The notes under the pieces were generated by a model. The model was not told where the DNA came from. It did no database searches and saw only the letters and a program-made list of their open reading frames with translations. DNA of 64,000 bases from the human T2T-CHM13v2.0 reference genome, Homo sapiens. The translations under genes were made by a program, and so were the position numbers. Shown piece after piece: positions 1 through 15,620 of this stretch (positions are counted from its first letter, which is position 1; each line of letters starts with the position of its first letter). The DNA lies in NCBI RefSeq assembly GCF_009914755.1, contig NC_060934.1; one strand, 5' to 3'.

Positions 1-838
1 TGGTGTGATGTATTACAGTTTCTACAATTTGCTGCAGGCAGAAATCTTAATTAAGGCCTTTCCTAAAGAGTGACCTTCAGGGAGGGCATTACTGAATTGG
101 TGTGAAAATAGACAAGTGGCCAAATTGCCCTGGTGGGACGGTGGAGAACTTGGATATCTCTCTCCCACCAAAGAATGGGCTGTGCTGGATATAGGCCAGG
201 CTGCAGGATCAATGATCAATGATCAATGAGCCCTGCACCCCATGAAATAGCCTAACACTGGGGAGACGTGAAAGGGAGGACTTTTCTTTTTGGCGAATGC
301 ACGTCCGCTCCTCACACTGGAATATTCTGCATCTCCCTGCATGCATGTCTTCTCTGTGAATTCTGGGCCTGCGCGAGTCTGAGAAGAGCAATGCTCCCTA
401 ACAGCATACGTGTATCTGTGTTTCCTCGGGGGAAAACGCTCGCATATCTGCGGTCCTTGACGATATCGTCTGACAGGTTTTAGAAGGAGATGGTTTCTTC
501 TTGGTCAGCAAACCAGGATGAGATGGGAACACATTCCGATCTGATCAGGGAGACCTTATACAGTGTTTGCCCTCCTTTTTGAGAGAAATTGGAAGGCATC
601 CTCCACTAAGGTGAAGATGGATTGTGCAGCTTCAGGGGGCACAGGCTCCTGGCCGGGTGCCAGCAAGCGCGACTGCGCACCTCGGATCAGTGAGGCTTGC
701 TTCTGCCAGATTTCTCGCGGCTGTGTGAAGTATTGCAGCCAAATGTCTCTCAATTTGCTCATTTCTTGGCCAAAGTTACTCCCTGATACTTAAACTCTAA
801 GACATTGATCAACTTCTCATGCACTTGTGGAGGCCCAC

Positions 839-1022
839 GGATGCATCTGACCTTCCCTTTCAGCAAGGCGTGACCGTGCCTCTCTGGGAGCTTCTGCACC
901 GGATGCACCTGACCTTCCCTTTCAGCAAGGCGTGACAGTGCCTCTCTGGGAGCTTCTGCACCGGATGCACCTGACCTTCCCTTTCAGCAAGGCGTGACCG
1001 TGCCTTTCTGGGAGCTTCTGCA
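839..1022. repeat. 62-bp tandem repeat, 3 copies
   Basis: GGATGCAYCTGACCTTCCCTTTCAGCAAGGCGTGAC... starts at 839, 901 and 963. Confidence 0.92.
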
Positions 1023-2065
1023 ATCAGGGCAGTGGATCTACCCAAGTCGTCTGGTCACAGTTCTCAGTATCCTCTGATCTAACATTTTCCTGTGAGTCCA
1101 GAGGAACAAATACCTTCACAGCCGCCACTTAATGTGTTGCCCATTAGTAGCGGATCCGCAAGTCTCGAGCTTTCTGTTTGCATTAGCGGAAGAAAAACAA
1201 CAAAGTCAGTCTCAGAGTTTTTTAAACCACTGGGAAAACTATAAAGATGGCAAATGCTTTTGAGTAACAATTATTAGGCAGAAGACACCACGGTTATTTC
1301 AACCTGCCTGGTCTTTAGGTAAGACGAACTCTGAACTTCTCAAACCAGCACTTTCTGAAGCCTAGAAGAAGAATATGTAAGGAAGAAGAGACTCCAACAC
1401 AATTGTATACAAGAAATGCTGGATGAGGGATCCTAATAATTAGCATATTAGGATCAAACACTCTTGGGTGTCTCTCTTGGGTGAAATATCTGGTGAGCCT
1501 GAATGAGAGGGGGTCAAAATACTGTGGGATATTTAAATTAAAATGTCTCCATACACCACATACTTTCATATCATGAGGGTCTGTCTAGGCAAGCTGCTGC
1601 TACAGGTGCACGGACAACAAAGACCTCAGCCTTGCAGCTGACTGACAATTTTGTGATAAACAGAAGCACACGTTAGCTGTCAGGTAAGTGAGCCTGTGCA
1701 AGATGCTGTCATCAGAGAATACATGAAAAACCAGGAGGCCCAGGAGAAGAAGCAACACTAACAACGGCCTAGGAGAAGAAGCAAGCCTAACGCCAGCCCC
1801 TTTAGTGGAAGGCTTCACCCAGGACTTGCCTTGGGAACTTGCCCTGGAGGAAGAGTAGGATTCCACCACTCAGAAAGGCAATAATGGGATGATAATAGCA
1901 GGCAATAGTATACTATAGATTATATGGAAATAATAATTAAGAATAGTAGGTTAAATGTTAAGATAACCTTATATCTGAAAGCACTTAACTGTTTACAAGG
2001 TAAGTTCCAATATATTAATTCAAATGACCACTGAAAAAATCCTCTGAGGTTTCTTTTACTACTGC

Positions 2066-2437
<372 letters not shown>

Positions 2438-2674
2438 TGAAAGTAAGAATCCAGAGCTGAACTTGGTTCTCTGTTTCCAAGGACCATACCCCAGTTGTCT
2501 CATGAACTACATACGTCAGCAGATAGGATGCCATGTCTAAGCCTTACAGGATTACCATGCTGAAGGAAGAGGACCTTGAAGTCCACATCATGGCAGGTGC
2601 TTCATATCTCTTAGGAACAATGAAAAAGTAACTGGCCAGAGGAAATGCCTTCTGCAGTCCTCACAATTTTATAA

Positions 2675-2997
2675 TTTCTTTTTGTTTATGTATTTATTTA
2701 ATTGTTATTATTTTTTAAGAGACAGACTCTTGCTCTGTGGCCCAGGTTGAAGGGCAGTGGCATGATCATGGCTCACACAAGCCTCAACCAGGCTTAAGCA
2801 ATCCTCCCACCTCAGCCTCCCAAGTAGTTGGGATTACAGGTGTAAGCCACCACACCCGGCTAATTGTTTTTATTTTTTGTAGAGACAGGGTTGTGCCACG
2901 TTGCCCAGGCTGGTCTGGAACTCCTGGGCTCAAGCAATCCTCCCATCTTGGCCTCCTAAAGTGCTAGGATTACAGGCATGAGCCACCGTGCCTGGCC
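2675..2997 (-). mobile_element. AluJ element
   Basis: Reverse Alu with J-type GGGCTCAAGCAATCCTCCC motifs; ends GCCTGGCC. Confidence 0.9.
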
Positions 2998-3429
2998 TAT
3001 TATTTCTTTTTAGGAACCATTTTGAAACCTTTTATTTAACTGGAGTTTTACAATCTTACTGACACCTAGCATTTGTGTGCCTACAGAATGTTAAGAAATC
3101 CTGATAACTCAAAAAAGCCCATTCTTTGTTTCACCATTTTGTCAGCTCTAGAGTCATCCTGCCTGACAATTAGCAGGGCCAATTCATAAGGAGTCCCAAA
3201 ACCAACACACACTGTTTTTGTGGAAATTAAAAATGGAATAAACAAAGTCAGATGTAATGAGACCCACAGTCTGGAGAAAATCCTACCCCTAGACTTGACA
3301 ATGAGCCTGCCATAACCTACCTTTCTTTATGTTTTTGTGTATACATGCTACCCCTCAACAAGGCAAGGAGCTTGTCTGTAGCAAGATTTCAGAAAAAAAG
3401 AAAAAGAAATCAGAGTGGAAAGACCTTTC

Positions 3430-3605
3430 TGTCTCCGCTGTTCATGGCTGAGTGATTCGCCTCTTTGAGTTGTAGTTTCTCCTGTTAAAAAGTAGATAAA
3501 TTTCCCTTGCTTGTCTAACTGGATTGTTGTAAAAATCAAAGGAGATAAGACCGCAGAAAGCTACTTCTAATTTGTAAATTGCTACAAAATGAGAGTTATT
3601 GTTAT
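3430..3605 (+). mobile_element. MIR-family SINE fragment
   Basis: Degenerate MIR core (CCTCTTTGAGTTGTAGTTTCTCCTGTTAAAAAG...GATTGTTGTAAAAATCAAAGGAGATAA). Confidence 0.55.
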
Positions 3606-3659
3606 GTATCTCTCTTGGCCTTTAATAGTTGTTGATAAGATCATTTTTGTGATATAAGC

Positions 3660-4530
3660 ATCACTCATTTGTTCTATAACTCTTCATTGAGTTTCTGCTT
3701 TTTGATTTAGGGAACTGAGTAGCTGGCAAGACAGGGAAGCATATAGTTTAGTGGCAGAAGGCAGAGTGAACCATCAATAAGTGAACAATAAGCGCCACAC
3801 AGAGAAGTAAAACTAAGTAATGGGATGAGAATGAGAATGGCTGGGGGAGGGGCTTCAGAGATAGGGATTGTTATGTGTTCAACGGTGTCCCACCCAGAAA
3901 ATACATGTTGGTGTCCTAACCCATGGGACCTCAGGATGTGACTGTGTTTGGATATTGGGTCCTAGCTCGTTAAGAGGAGACCCCACTGCGGTAGAGTGGG
4001 TCCATGGTCCAGTATGTTGGTGTCCTTATCAAAGAGAGTCGTGAGGGAACACAGGAGAGTACCACGTGACGCTAAGGCAGAGATTGAAGGAGCAGGAAGG
4101 ATCATCCCCTGCGGCCTTCAGAGGGAGTGCAGTCCTGCTGACACCTTGATTCTGGACTTCTGGCTTCCAGAACTATGAGAGGATGGATTTCAGTTGCTTT
4201 AAGAGCCCAGGTTTGCAGGACTTTGTGTTGGCAGCCCTAGAAGGCTAATAGGTGGTCCAAGAACACCTGTCTACAGGTGCAGCATTTCACCTGGGACTCG
4301 ACTAAGGAGGGAGGCAGGGATGCAAGTCAGGGAGTGTCCCGGGTGCTGGGGGACCCCGGCCTTCTGAGTCTCACAATCAGAAGGTGGGCAAGACAGCTGG
4401 AGGGGAGCAGGTAGGGAAGGAGGTGGGAGACGAGGCCAGGAGGGAGAGCAGGGCTTTGTAGGGGGAGGTGATGTGCTTGGACTTCATGCCAAGTACCATG
4501 AGAGGCCTGGGAGAGCTTTAAACACAGGTC
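3660..4530 (-). mobile_element. L2 3' fragment split by an MLT1 LTR
   Basis: Degenerate reverse-L2 sequence at about 3660-3868 and 4251-4530 (e.g. GGACTTCATGCCAAGTACCATGAGAGGCCTGGGAGAGCTTTAAACACAGG). Confidence 0.5.
3869..4250 (+). mobile_element. MLT1 (ERVL-MaLR) solo LTR, MLT1B/C-like
   Basis: TGTTATG start; ACCTCAGGATGTGACTGTGTTTGGA; GACACCTTGATTCTGGACTTCTGGCTTCCAGAACTATGAGA; ends GCAGCCCTAGAAGGCTAATA. Confidence 0.85.
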
Positions 4531-5336
4531 GCTGCTGACACGGAGCTCAGGCCTTGATGCCAGCATCTAATCCCCACGCACTTGCCGAGCAAGGCCACAC
4601 GAAATGCTCCCAAGAAGGACTGTGACTTTAAAACCCTAAAAGGGACAGGTCACAGCACATTTTTAAAGTTTGTGACATGACATTTTCTGTTGCTATTCAA
4701 TAGTTGTAAAAATGCTTCATCAGAACTTTTAAAGCATGCAACAGCCACCACCTAATGTACACTTCGATTAAGTCAGTGAAATTGGCTCCAGACTCAGAAA
4801 TCAAATCAGGATTCCAATTTTTGGCAACATAGTATCTATCATAGTATTTTATTTTTGCTATTGGATAATGGAAGTATTTATGCTATTTATAAAGTATTAG
4901 GTGGTGCAGGTTACAGAAAAATTTAAATTCCTAATTTTTAAGTGCTAATTTGCAGTCAGTAGCTTTGTTCCATCTTTTTGTTTATTTCTTTGGGTATATT
5001 TTTGTATTAAGTAGATATAGTTTAGTTTCAGACCATGATAGATTCAGGTCACAATAATGAATACATAAAGATTCAGAGGATAAAATAGTGGCAAATTGGT
5101 CTGTTTCTCTGTGTGCTACAAAGAATGAACTAAGGAATCAGAAAGTGCAAGTTCACACTTGATTCATGGTCTTCTTGCTGATCTCTCCGAACCTATTTCC
5201 TCAATTAATTAATTCTTTCCTTAATTTACCAAGTGTTTGTCCATTGTTCAGTGCTGAGAGGACCATACTATAAGACTGGTGTGATCCTGTCTTTAATGTG
5301 CAAAGTAGAGATGGAATCCAAGCATTATTATTCTAG

Positions 5337-5834
<498 letters not shown>

Positions 5835-7216
5835 TAGACTTTAAAATTATGAAGGAATGAGCCCATAGACAATATCCATGTCTCCTGAGAGGCAGCTTTG
5901 GGTCTGAGGTCAATCAACTACTTTTGATTGAATAGTGTCCTGTCTGGATTTCTGTTCTTTATTTACTTTGAAATATGTAAATATTTGCATAGATGGTAAA
6001 TGGAAATGGTGTACTTGTTGGTGAACCTGTTTGATTACTAAAGCCATAATAATAACACCACCAGCTATGAATGCTAAGCAAAAATGACCCTTTGTTCTAC
6101 TTTTTCAAATCTGTGGACTACAACAGCACTCTTGGGGACAATAACCCACACAATAGATTAAAAGCCTGTTAAATGTTATTTTCAGCTTGGCAGAACATCA
6201 ACTGCTGAGTACCCTTTAGCTCCACTTTTTTTTTGAAGTATGGCAAACTTACTATATCCAGGTGACAACAGTAACATGTCATTTTAGAGTGATTAAATAA
6301 TTGTACAAATAAATGGAATTAGGCTTACTCTCTGACTCCGAAATACAAAATTCAGGTGGAGCCAAGGGGTGAGTTGTGGGGGTCTTTGACCTCCCAAACG
6401 TTTACCATGGGCTCCAAACCTCCCTCCACAAATGTATAATCTAGTAGAAGTACACCTGGTGGATTATTGCAGCTTCAGGATGAACCATCACCCATTCTCC
6501 AAACTACAGTCTCTCCTACTTTGAAAATCTGGAGCTATCTCTTGCTAAAAACATAAAAGATTTAAAGATTTTTCTAGGTTTTCTCTTTTTTTCTACTTTA
6601 AATTCTCAACCAAAACAGAGGCATAATTTATATATATGTTTTAGTAGGAAGTCTTGGATTATCTCCTAATTTTAAATAGTTTGATTCTGGTTAAAATAAT
6701 TTTTAGACCACAGTTTACATGATTTAGCTGATTGGAAAATTGCTTTTTATCATAATTAGTAGAAATTGGTGAACTGAACTCCTTTAAGTCTGCTACAAAA
6801 CCAACCTTGCAAGAATATTTCTTCCATTAAAGCACATGGCTTTAAGAGAATTGCCAATAAAAAACAACCAGTTAGAAGATTCATGCTGGAGGAAACATTC
6901 AAGTTGTATATCAAATACATGCAAGGTATATCAAGTAGTTCACGTTCACATTTATTTACAAAACTCCTCGGAGGGTTTCTGCTGTGCTAAGGACAAAAGG
7001 AGATCTCATAAGTTCTGAATTTAATAAAAAATATCATAGAGGTTATTTTGCCAAATGAAAATAAATCCAATACAACACTACTATGCAATGGGTTTAAACA
7101 TTTATACCCAGGTTGATGAATAGAATTCCAGCCCAATGCTACATTTTGGCAGAACATAGTCTTAGAAAAGATTTGGAGCTGCCTCCAGTCTTTAAGGTGG
7201 TAAGCTTATTAATATA

Positions 7217-8325
7217 ATCATCACCATCATCATAGTCATCATCACCATCATCATCATCATTATCATTGTTATCATCATCATCATTGGTATAAACATCATC
7301 ACCATCATCATCACTGTCATCATCACCACCATTATCATTGTCATCAACATTACCATCATCTTCATCACCATCATTATTATCATAATCACCTTCATTAGTA
7401 TCAACATTATCACCACCATCATCATCATTGTCATCACCATCACCATCATTATTGTGAACATCACCATCATTGCCATGATTATCATTTCTATTGTCATCAT
7501 CATAGTCATCATCATCACCATCATTAGTATCAACCTCATCACTGACATCATTATCTTCATCATCACCATCACTATTATCATCGTCATCACCATCATCATC
7601 GTCATCACCATCATCATCATTATCGTTATCTTAGTCATCATAATCACCATCATTATTAACATAATCATCACCATCATCATCATAGTCATCATCACCATAA
7701 TAAGTATCAACATCATCACTATCATCATCATTGTCATTATCACCATCATCATTGTCATCAGCACCATCATCATCAACTTTATCATCATCATAGTCACCAT
7801 CATCAGTATCAACATCATCATTAGTATCAACATCGTCACCTCCATTATCATCATTGTCATCAGCACCACCATCATCGTCATCATCACCATCATTATTACC
7901 AACATTATCATCCTATCTTCATCATCATTTAGTATCAACATTATCATTAGTATCAACATTATCACCACCATCATCATCATTGTCATCACCATCACCATAT
8001 CATTGTCATGATCACCAACATCACCATGATCTTCATTGCTATCATCATCATCATAGTCATCATCATAACCATCATTAGTGTCAACATTGATGATACTAAT
8101 CAATCTACCATTATCATCATTTCATCATCATCATCATCATCATATGGTTATCATAATAATCATATTCATCATAATCACCATCATTATCAACTTAATTATC
8201 ATCACCATTGTCATCATCACCATAATTAGCATCAACATAATCACTGTTATCATCATTGTCATTATCACCAGCATCATCATCACCGTCATCATCATCATCA
8301 CCAACATTGTCATCATTATCATTAT
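7217..8325. repeat. About 1.1-kb degenerate (ATC/CAT)n trinucleotide tract
   Basis: Continuous CATCATCACCATCATT-type sequence; gives poly-Ile/His/Met pseudo-ORFs. Confidence 0.95.
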
Positions 8326-8474
8326 GTAACTTAACTTTCCTCATACGGAGAGCAACGCACACTGGGCTATGAACAATAGGGAAATTACTGTGTACTTTGG
8401 CTTCTTAGGCTGAGACATTAAGTAGAAACAACCACATATTAAGAGGTCTTAGATACATATTTATAGCACCATGA

Positions 8475-8850
8475 CCCAGTGGTAAGGACCTGGAATGCAG
8501 ACTCAGAGGACCTTAGTCCAGCCCTGCCTCTAGCTGGACCTGTGACAGTGACAGTGACCCTGTCACTGGCTTTTGAATCTCAGGTATGCCCCTTAAGTTC
8601 TATAAGCCTAAGTCGTCACATCAATGAAATGGGATAATAATAATAACACTTGACTAAGAAGTTATTGTGAATGTCACACAATATCCTTACTAACATCTTC
8701 ATTTTGCAAGGAGAAAACCAAGCTTATGAAGATTAAGTAATGTATACAAGGAAGCACAGGTGTTAACTGATGGAGTCTGAGTATGAACTAGGGTCTTTTT
8801 GATTAGACAATTCGTGCCCCAAACCACTTGTATATACTGCCTTCATCATA
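8475..8850. mobile_element. Two opposed MIR-family fragments
   Basis: + strand MIR core (CATCAATGAAATGGGATAATAATAA) then reverse MIR (CATTTTGCAAGGAGAAAACCAAGCT...GATTAAGTAA). Confidence 0.5.
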
Positions 8851-9509
8851 TGAAATATTGCACATTTAATAGTGTTCCTCTCCATTTTTAGAGACTCACC
8901 AAAAATTTCTAAATAAGTTTGTGGAAATATGCAGAAAACACATGTTCATTTGAGACAAATTTTAGAGAAAGAGCTTTTTGAAATAAAGGCTAATTTAGAA
9001 ACCATTTTCTAATTCATCAGTTCCTCTCAGTTGTATTAAACACTTATTGTTCTCCTTTCTCTTATAAATAATTGATTCAAAACTATTTATAAATTACATA
9101 TATATGTACACACACACAGGCACAAGCATCAGTTATGCTTTTTATACACTAATCCTAAATCTCTTCAATCTGAAATTATATTTCATAAAGAACTTGTTCT
9201 GAGGAAATAAAATTATATATAAATGTCACTTCTATTTTCCAATCATTTATAAGTTAATTGAGGGGATCTCACATACATTCCTGAGATATCTGCAGAAGTA
9301 ACCACTTTAAGTATAAATTCCATAGAATTTGAAGGGGGTGGAGTTTAATGTTGGTTGATGAGGTGGAGATGACTTCCTGGAGGGCATGGAAGTTGAGGCA
9401 TGGAAGAGAATGTGTCTGGGTGGGATGGGAGAGAATAACTCAGTTTTAGAGGTAGAGAAAATGAACATTTCTGGGTGGCAAAGATAAAAAAATCTCATTA
9501 AATCAAATA

Positions 9510-10278
<769 letters not shown>

Positions 10279-11432
10279 CATCACTGACTCATCACTTACT
10301 CATCATTCATTCATTATTCACTCATCACTCACTCATTATTCACCTCTTACTCACTCATCATTTATCATTCAGTCATTACTCATTCATCACTCAACACTCA
10401 CTCATCACTCAACACTCATTCATCATTCATCGCTCACTCATTACTCATTTATTACTCATCATTCAGTGTTCATTCATCGCTCACTAATCACTCACTCAAT
10501 ACTCATTACTCAACACTCATTCATTACTCATCATTCACTCATTACTCGTCATTCACTCATTACTCTTCATTAATCATTCAGTCATTACTCACTCATCACT
10601 CACTCATCCCTCAACACTTATTCATCACTCATCACTCACTCATTACTCATTTATTACTCATCATTCATCATTCACTCATCACTAATCACTTATCATTACT
10701 CAACACTCATTCATTACTCATCATTCGCTCATTACTCATGCATCATTCATCATTCCTCACTGCTCACTCACACTCACTCATCACTCAACATTCATTCATT
10801 ACTCATCACGCATTCATTACTCACTGAATTAACGATTCAGTCATTACTCACTCATTACTCATCACTCACTTATTACTTACCCATGTATCAGTCATTACTC
10901 ATTCATCACTCACTCAACACTCTATTACTTATTACTCACTAATCGCTCACTCATTACTCACTCATCATTCAGTTGTCAGCTACTCATCACTCACCTATCA
11001 CTCACTCATTACTCACTCAAACTTATTCATCACTCGCTCATGTCTCACTCATCACTCATCACTCACTCATCATTCATCACCCACCACTCATTTTTACTCA
11101 ACACTCACTCATCATTCACCACTCACCACTCATTCATCACCCACCACTCACTCATTACTCGTCACTCACCCATTAGCCATCATTCACTCATTACTCACTC
11201 ATAATTCATTCATCACTCATATGCATCACTCACTGCTCACTCATCACTCACTTATTACTTGTTACTCACTCATTACTCACTCATCATCATTCCCTTGTTA
11301 CTCACACATCACTCACTCATCACTTAACACTCATTCATTACTCATTGCTCACTCATCATTCATCATTTAGTCATTACTCACTTATCTCTCATCACTCATT
11401 CATTACTCATCACTCACTCAACACTCAGTCAC
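10279..11432. repeat. About 1.15-kb degenerate (CACT/CATT)n low-complexity tract
   Basis: Recurrent CACTCATCATTCACTCATTACT motifs; almost no G on the + strand. Confidence 0.95.
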
Positions 11433-12364
11433 CAATATAGGTACCTCTCTGACTACATGAAGAAGTGATTTTGATATCTTTTAACCCTTAATCAGCTATA
11501 AAATGGTAGCCCACAGGTTGCATATGAACTGCACAACGTATTTTATTAGGTATCACTTGCTTTGTGAATTTTTTGTATAGTTCTACACAGAAAAGCTAGA
11601 TTCAAGAGTTCTTTTGAAGAGTTGGAGTTGTTTGTCAGGCCTGGGTCCCTGCTTCTGAGCAGTGCCTCCCACTGAACCCAGCACGGAAGTGCCCTGTTCC
11701 CATCATCCCACCCGTGTTCTTGTTTAGGCACTTACCGTCTCACCCCATGTGTAATGACCTGTCTGTTCTCTGTTGTTATTTCAGTTTTCTCCCTGAACTC
11801 TAAGGACATTTAACCTAAGTGTTACATGAATCAAAGTGCTGGTGTGTTTTTCTCTGTCTTTGGAAAGTTATAGAAGGTAGAATCGGCATGACTTTGAAGC
11901 AATTATTCCAGTAGAAATTCTGTTTTCATAGCTGCCAAAAAGGCCACATGACAAAAACAGTGGCAATTCCCAAATGCATCTTGATACTTCTAGGTTGATT
12001 CTAAATGACAACTTATTTACTAACATAAAATAATAATTTAGTCAATTATATTTTTAGTTCTTCATAAACACCTACAGCACAAAAGGGTAAAAATAATTTT
12101 GGGGTGAATTGTAGCAAAGAAAATTTTGATTAGGGCGATAAAAGAGAGGTAAAATAGATACACAGCAAAAACATTTAATCTTGCCCAGCTGTTATAGGTG
12201 GGCTGCATATTTAGACAGGAGCTTCCTAGCTGCCAATGCAAGGAAATTATTCTGACCTTTGCAAGATTCACAACAATCATGGGATAAAAACAAAACACTT
12301 GTTCTGGAAAAGCACTGTTGTGCTGTCCCTGAAACCTAGAGTCATATTCTCTAGTGCACCTTTT

Positions 12365-12669
<305 letters not shown>

Positions 12670-14707
12670 TCTAGTGTACCTTTTTAAAGAAGTGATGGGT
12701 AGTGTGTTTGGGCAGCTTAAACATTCCTGCAGTAAAAGGGGGAGTTTAACTTGCTAGCTATGTAGGGAAACAGTTTTGAGTCTCCTGGAATTGTACACAG
12801 AATTTGGTGTGCATGTATACATGATTTTTCTAGAGTTAAATATCCAGAACTTTCTCCGATTTCTCAAAGGCAGCATTCTCCTCAATGCGCCACACAGCCC
12901 AGTTGTATCAGAAGCCCTCAGGGAGTTTGGTAAATTGCAGAGTACTGGGCCCTACATGAATCAGAGTCACTGGAGGTGAAACTCAAGAATCTGCATTAGA
13001 ATGGCTCTTTCTCTCTCTTCCCCCACAACATGTACACAAACCAATTCATGTGTCTGTTTATTACCATTATCTTTAATTCAATTAAAAATGAAAAATAGCA
13101 AAAATCAATTTAGCAGAAAGCAATTCCACAGAGGGGCCCAATCAAAACAGCTCGAATATATTGCTCGCCAGTAGCCTGTTTTGATCCAAGGGTAAAATGT
13201 AAACTAGCCAGGGGAATTTATGGACTTCATGTCCTTCAGCCAATCCTCCATAAATATCATTTCTCCCCACTGGGCATTTCAGGAGGATTAGAAAACAGAA
13301 TTCTTTTTTTATTCACTGACAAGAACCTGGAGGGCAGAAATTCAGTGTTTCAACTAAGGACAAAGCCATTTGATTCATTAATCAACTGGGCAGAGGACAG
13401 GATTAAGGTTTTATTCTCTTCTTTCGAAGAACTCTGCCTGGCTGAAGGGTCACCACTGCACCCGGTACCAAAGCAGGTCCATGGATGTTACCTGTGGGAA
13501 TAGCCTGGTGAGATCTGCAATAAAAACTGCAATCGTGAGGAAACTTCCAGAACATTGAGGCTGATCACTGACCACCAGGTAAACTGGCAAGGAAGGATGC
13601 CACACAGTGTCCACCTGGGTGCCATCAAGAACGGACACAATAGCTGTTGCTTTCACAGCGAAAGGAGACTTCTCGTTCACCAGCCTCAGTGGGGGCCCGG
13701 CCCCTCCTGCACCTGCTGCCCCCAGCGGGGCTCTGTGATGCTGCATCTCCCACAACTGTCCAGCCAGTCATGCTGAAGACCCCTTACTTCCTGGAGCATT
13801 TCTAATTTTAAGTTTTGTGCACCCACACCAGGAAAGAAGGTTTAGTTCTATACTCTGGAGAGGTATATGACCGTGTGCTCACAGGCAGACCCACACATCC
13901 TTGGTCTCTCAAAAGCAATAAAAGGTGCTTTTGCAAACTATAGGCCTCCTTCAAAATCCTGAGATTCCCAGCAAGGTTTTGGGTCACCCCTCCCAGGCTT
14001 GAATCAGTGACACGGCAACCCATGGAAGAAGCAAATCTACTAAATTTACTTGTGTTTGAAGAGGAGTTAAGCTGCAATAAAGGAACTGTCACCCGCTTGC
14101 AGGGGCCTCAGTCCTGCCTCTGTCAGGGCCTCTGGCCTGTGGACGGAAGTCTGAGTGGGTGTCACTCGGGTGCATGAGCTGGGCCTCAGGGTGAAGTCCA
14201 GGTTGTGTAGTTTAAAACATCCATTTTCTAACCTGTGTTACTTTAATCTTTATTTGTTTTCTCACAACACTTAGATGGAAAAAGAAACGGGATCATGTTG
14301 TCTGGTTATTGCATTAAAAATCTTTAAGCATGCAAGAAAGAATTATTTTTCAATAAATTTTGGTAAGATGTCTGCATTTCAGAGAGATCTTGGTAATAGC
14401 ATGAGCATATGGTGCCATTTATTTTCTGTCACCATCTTATTCATTTCCTTATTTTTTGCGGCAATCTAGCATATTATCTTAATTATGTTTTAAATAACTT
14501 TTGGAGAAAGCATTAAGGAATAGCAATGAGATTAACCCTAAACACACGTATCATATGCACATCCAAGGAAAAATCTAAAAGAATACAGCAGCTATCTCCA
14601 CTATTTAGAGCTTTACTCAGTAAATTATTTTCCTCAAAATAACACATACATATTTAATTTTTAGTAAGAGAACCATGGATTATGCAATATCAGGCTTTCG
14701 TGAAGGG

Positions 14708-14930
14708 ATTTTTTTGTTGTTGTTGTTCAGTCTGTAGCCCAGGCTGGAGTGCAGCTCATTTCAACGTCTGCCTCCCAGGCTCAAGCAATCCTCCTGGCTC
14801 AGCTTCCTGAGTAGCTAGGAAAACAGGCACACGCCACCATACCCAGCTATTTTTTTTTTTTTTTTTAGAGATGGGGTTTTGCCATGTTGCCCAGGCTGGT
14901 CTCATACGTCTGGTCTCCAGAGACCTCCTT
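14708..14930 (-). mobile_element. Partial AluJ
   Basis: GCCCAGGCTGGAGTGCAG...GGCTCAAGCAATCCTCC...GCCATGTTGCCCAGGCTGGTCTC. Confidence 0.85.
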
Positions 14931-15057
14931 GTGCCCCCAAAGACCTTGATAAGTCACAGGGAAGCACAAAAGCAGTCAATTCCCTTTCAGCCCCCCTTTT
15001 AGCACCTGTGAGCCCTTCACATTCATTGTATCATTTCCTTTATACAGCACGATATAG

Positions 15058-15620
15058 ATCTTGGTCAGCAAATATTTTCCATAAAGGGCCGTGATATGGT
15101 TCTGATCTGTGTCCCCATCCACATCTCATGTTAAAATGTAATCCTCAGTGTTAGAGGTGGGGCTTGGTGGGAGGTGACTGGATCATGTAGGCGGATTTCT
15201 CATGAATGGTTTAGCACCATCCTCTTGGTGCTGACCTCGTGATAGTAAGTGAGCTCTGGCTAGATGTGGTCTCTAACAGTGTAGCCCTGCCCACGCCCCG
15301 CCCCCTTGCTCCTACTCTGCCATGTGACATGCCTGCCCTGTCTTCACCTTCTGCCATGATTGGAAGCTTCCTGAGGCCTCCCCAGAAGTCAAGCAGATGC
15401 CAGCTTCACGCTTCTTGTACAGCCTGCAGAACCGTGAGCCATTTAAACCTCTTTTCTTTATACATGGCCCAATCTCAGGTATTTCTTGATAGCAATGCAA
15501 GAATGGCTTAATACAGGCCAGAGAGTAGGAGTTTTTGATCATTCAGCCTCTTTCCCAATCCTTCACTCTGCCAGTATTTCATGAAGCAGGCACAAATGAC
15601 ATGGAAGTGGCATGTTCAGT
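15058..15620 (+). mobile_element. MER58-like hAT DNA transposon split by an MSTA LTR
   Basis: GGTCAGCAAATATTTTCCATAAAGGGCC before the LTR continues as GGCCAGAGAGTA after it, matching the MER58 end. Confidence 0.6.
15092..15515 (+). mobile_element. MSTA (ERVL-MaLR) solo LTR
   Basis: TGATATGGTT...TAATACA termini; internal TCATGAATGGTTTAGCACCATCCTCTTGGTGCTG; 5-bp TSD GGCCG/GGCCA. Confidence 0.9.

Noticed and set aside
556-762. Protein-looking 68-aa ORF (MSKLRDIWLQYF...)
   Set aside because: No family recognised, an in-frame stop lies shortly upstream, and there are no clear splice signals; a BLASTX search would settle it.
7192-8103. 303-aa Met-rich ORF and overlapping Ile/His-rich ORFs
   Set aside because: Direct consequence of the (ATC)n tract; no protein-like complexity.
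14275-14362. Possible 88-nt + strand exon (TTAG|...TG|GTAAGA)
   Set aside because: Signals are only moderate, there is no recognisable peptide and no partner exons.
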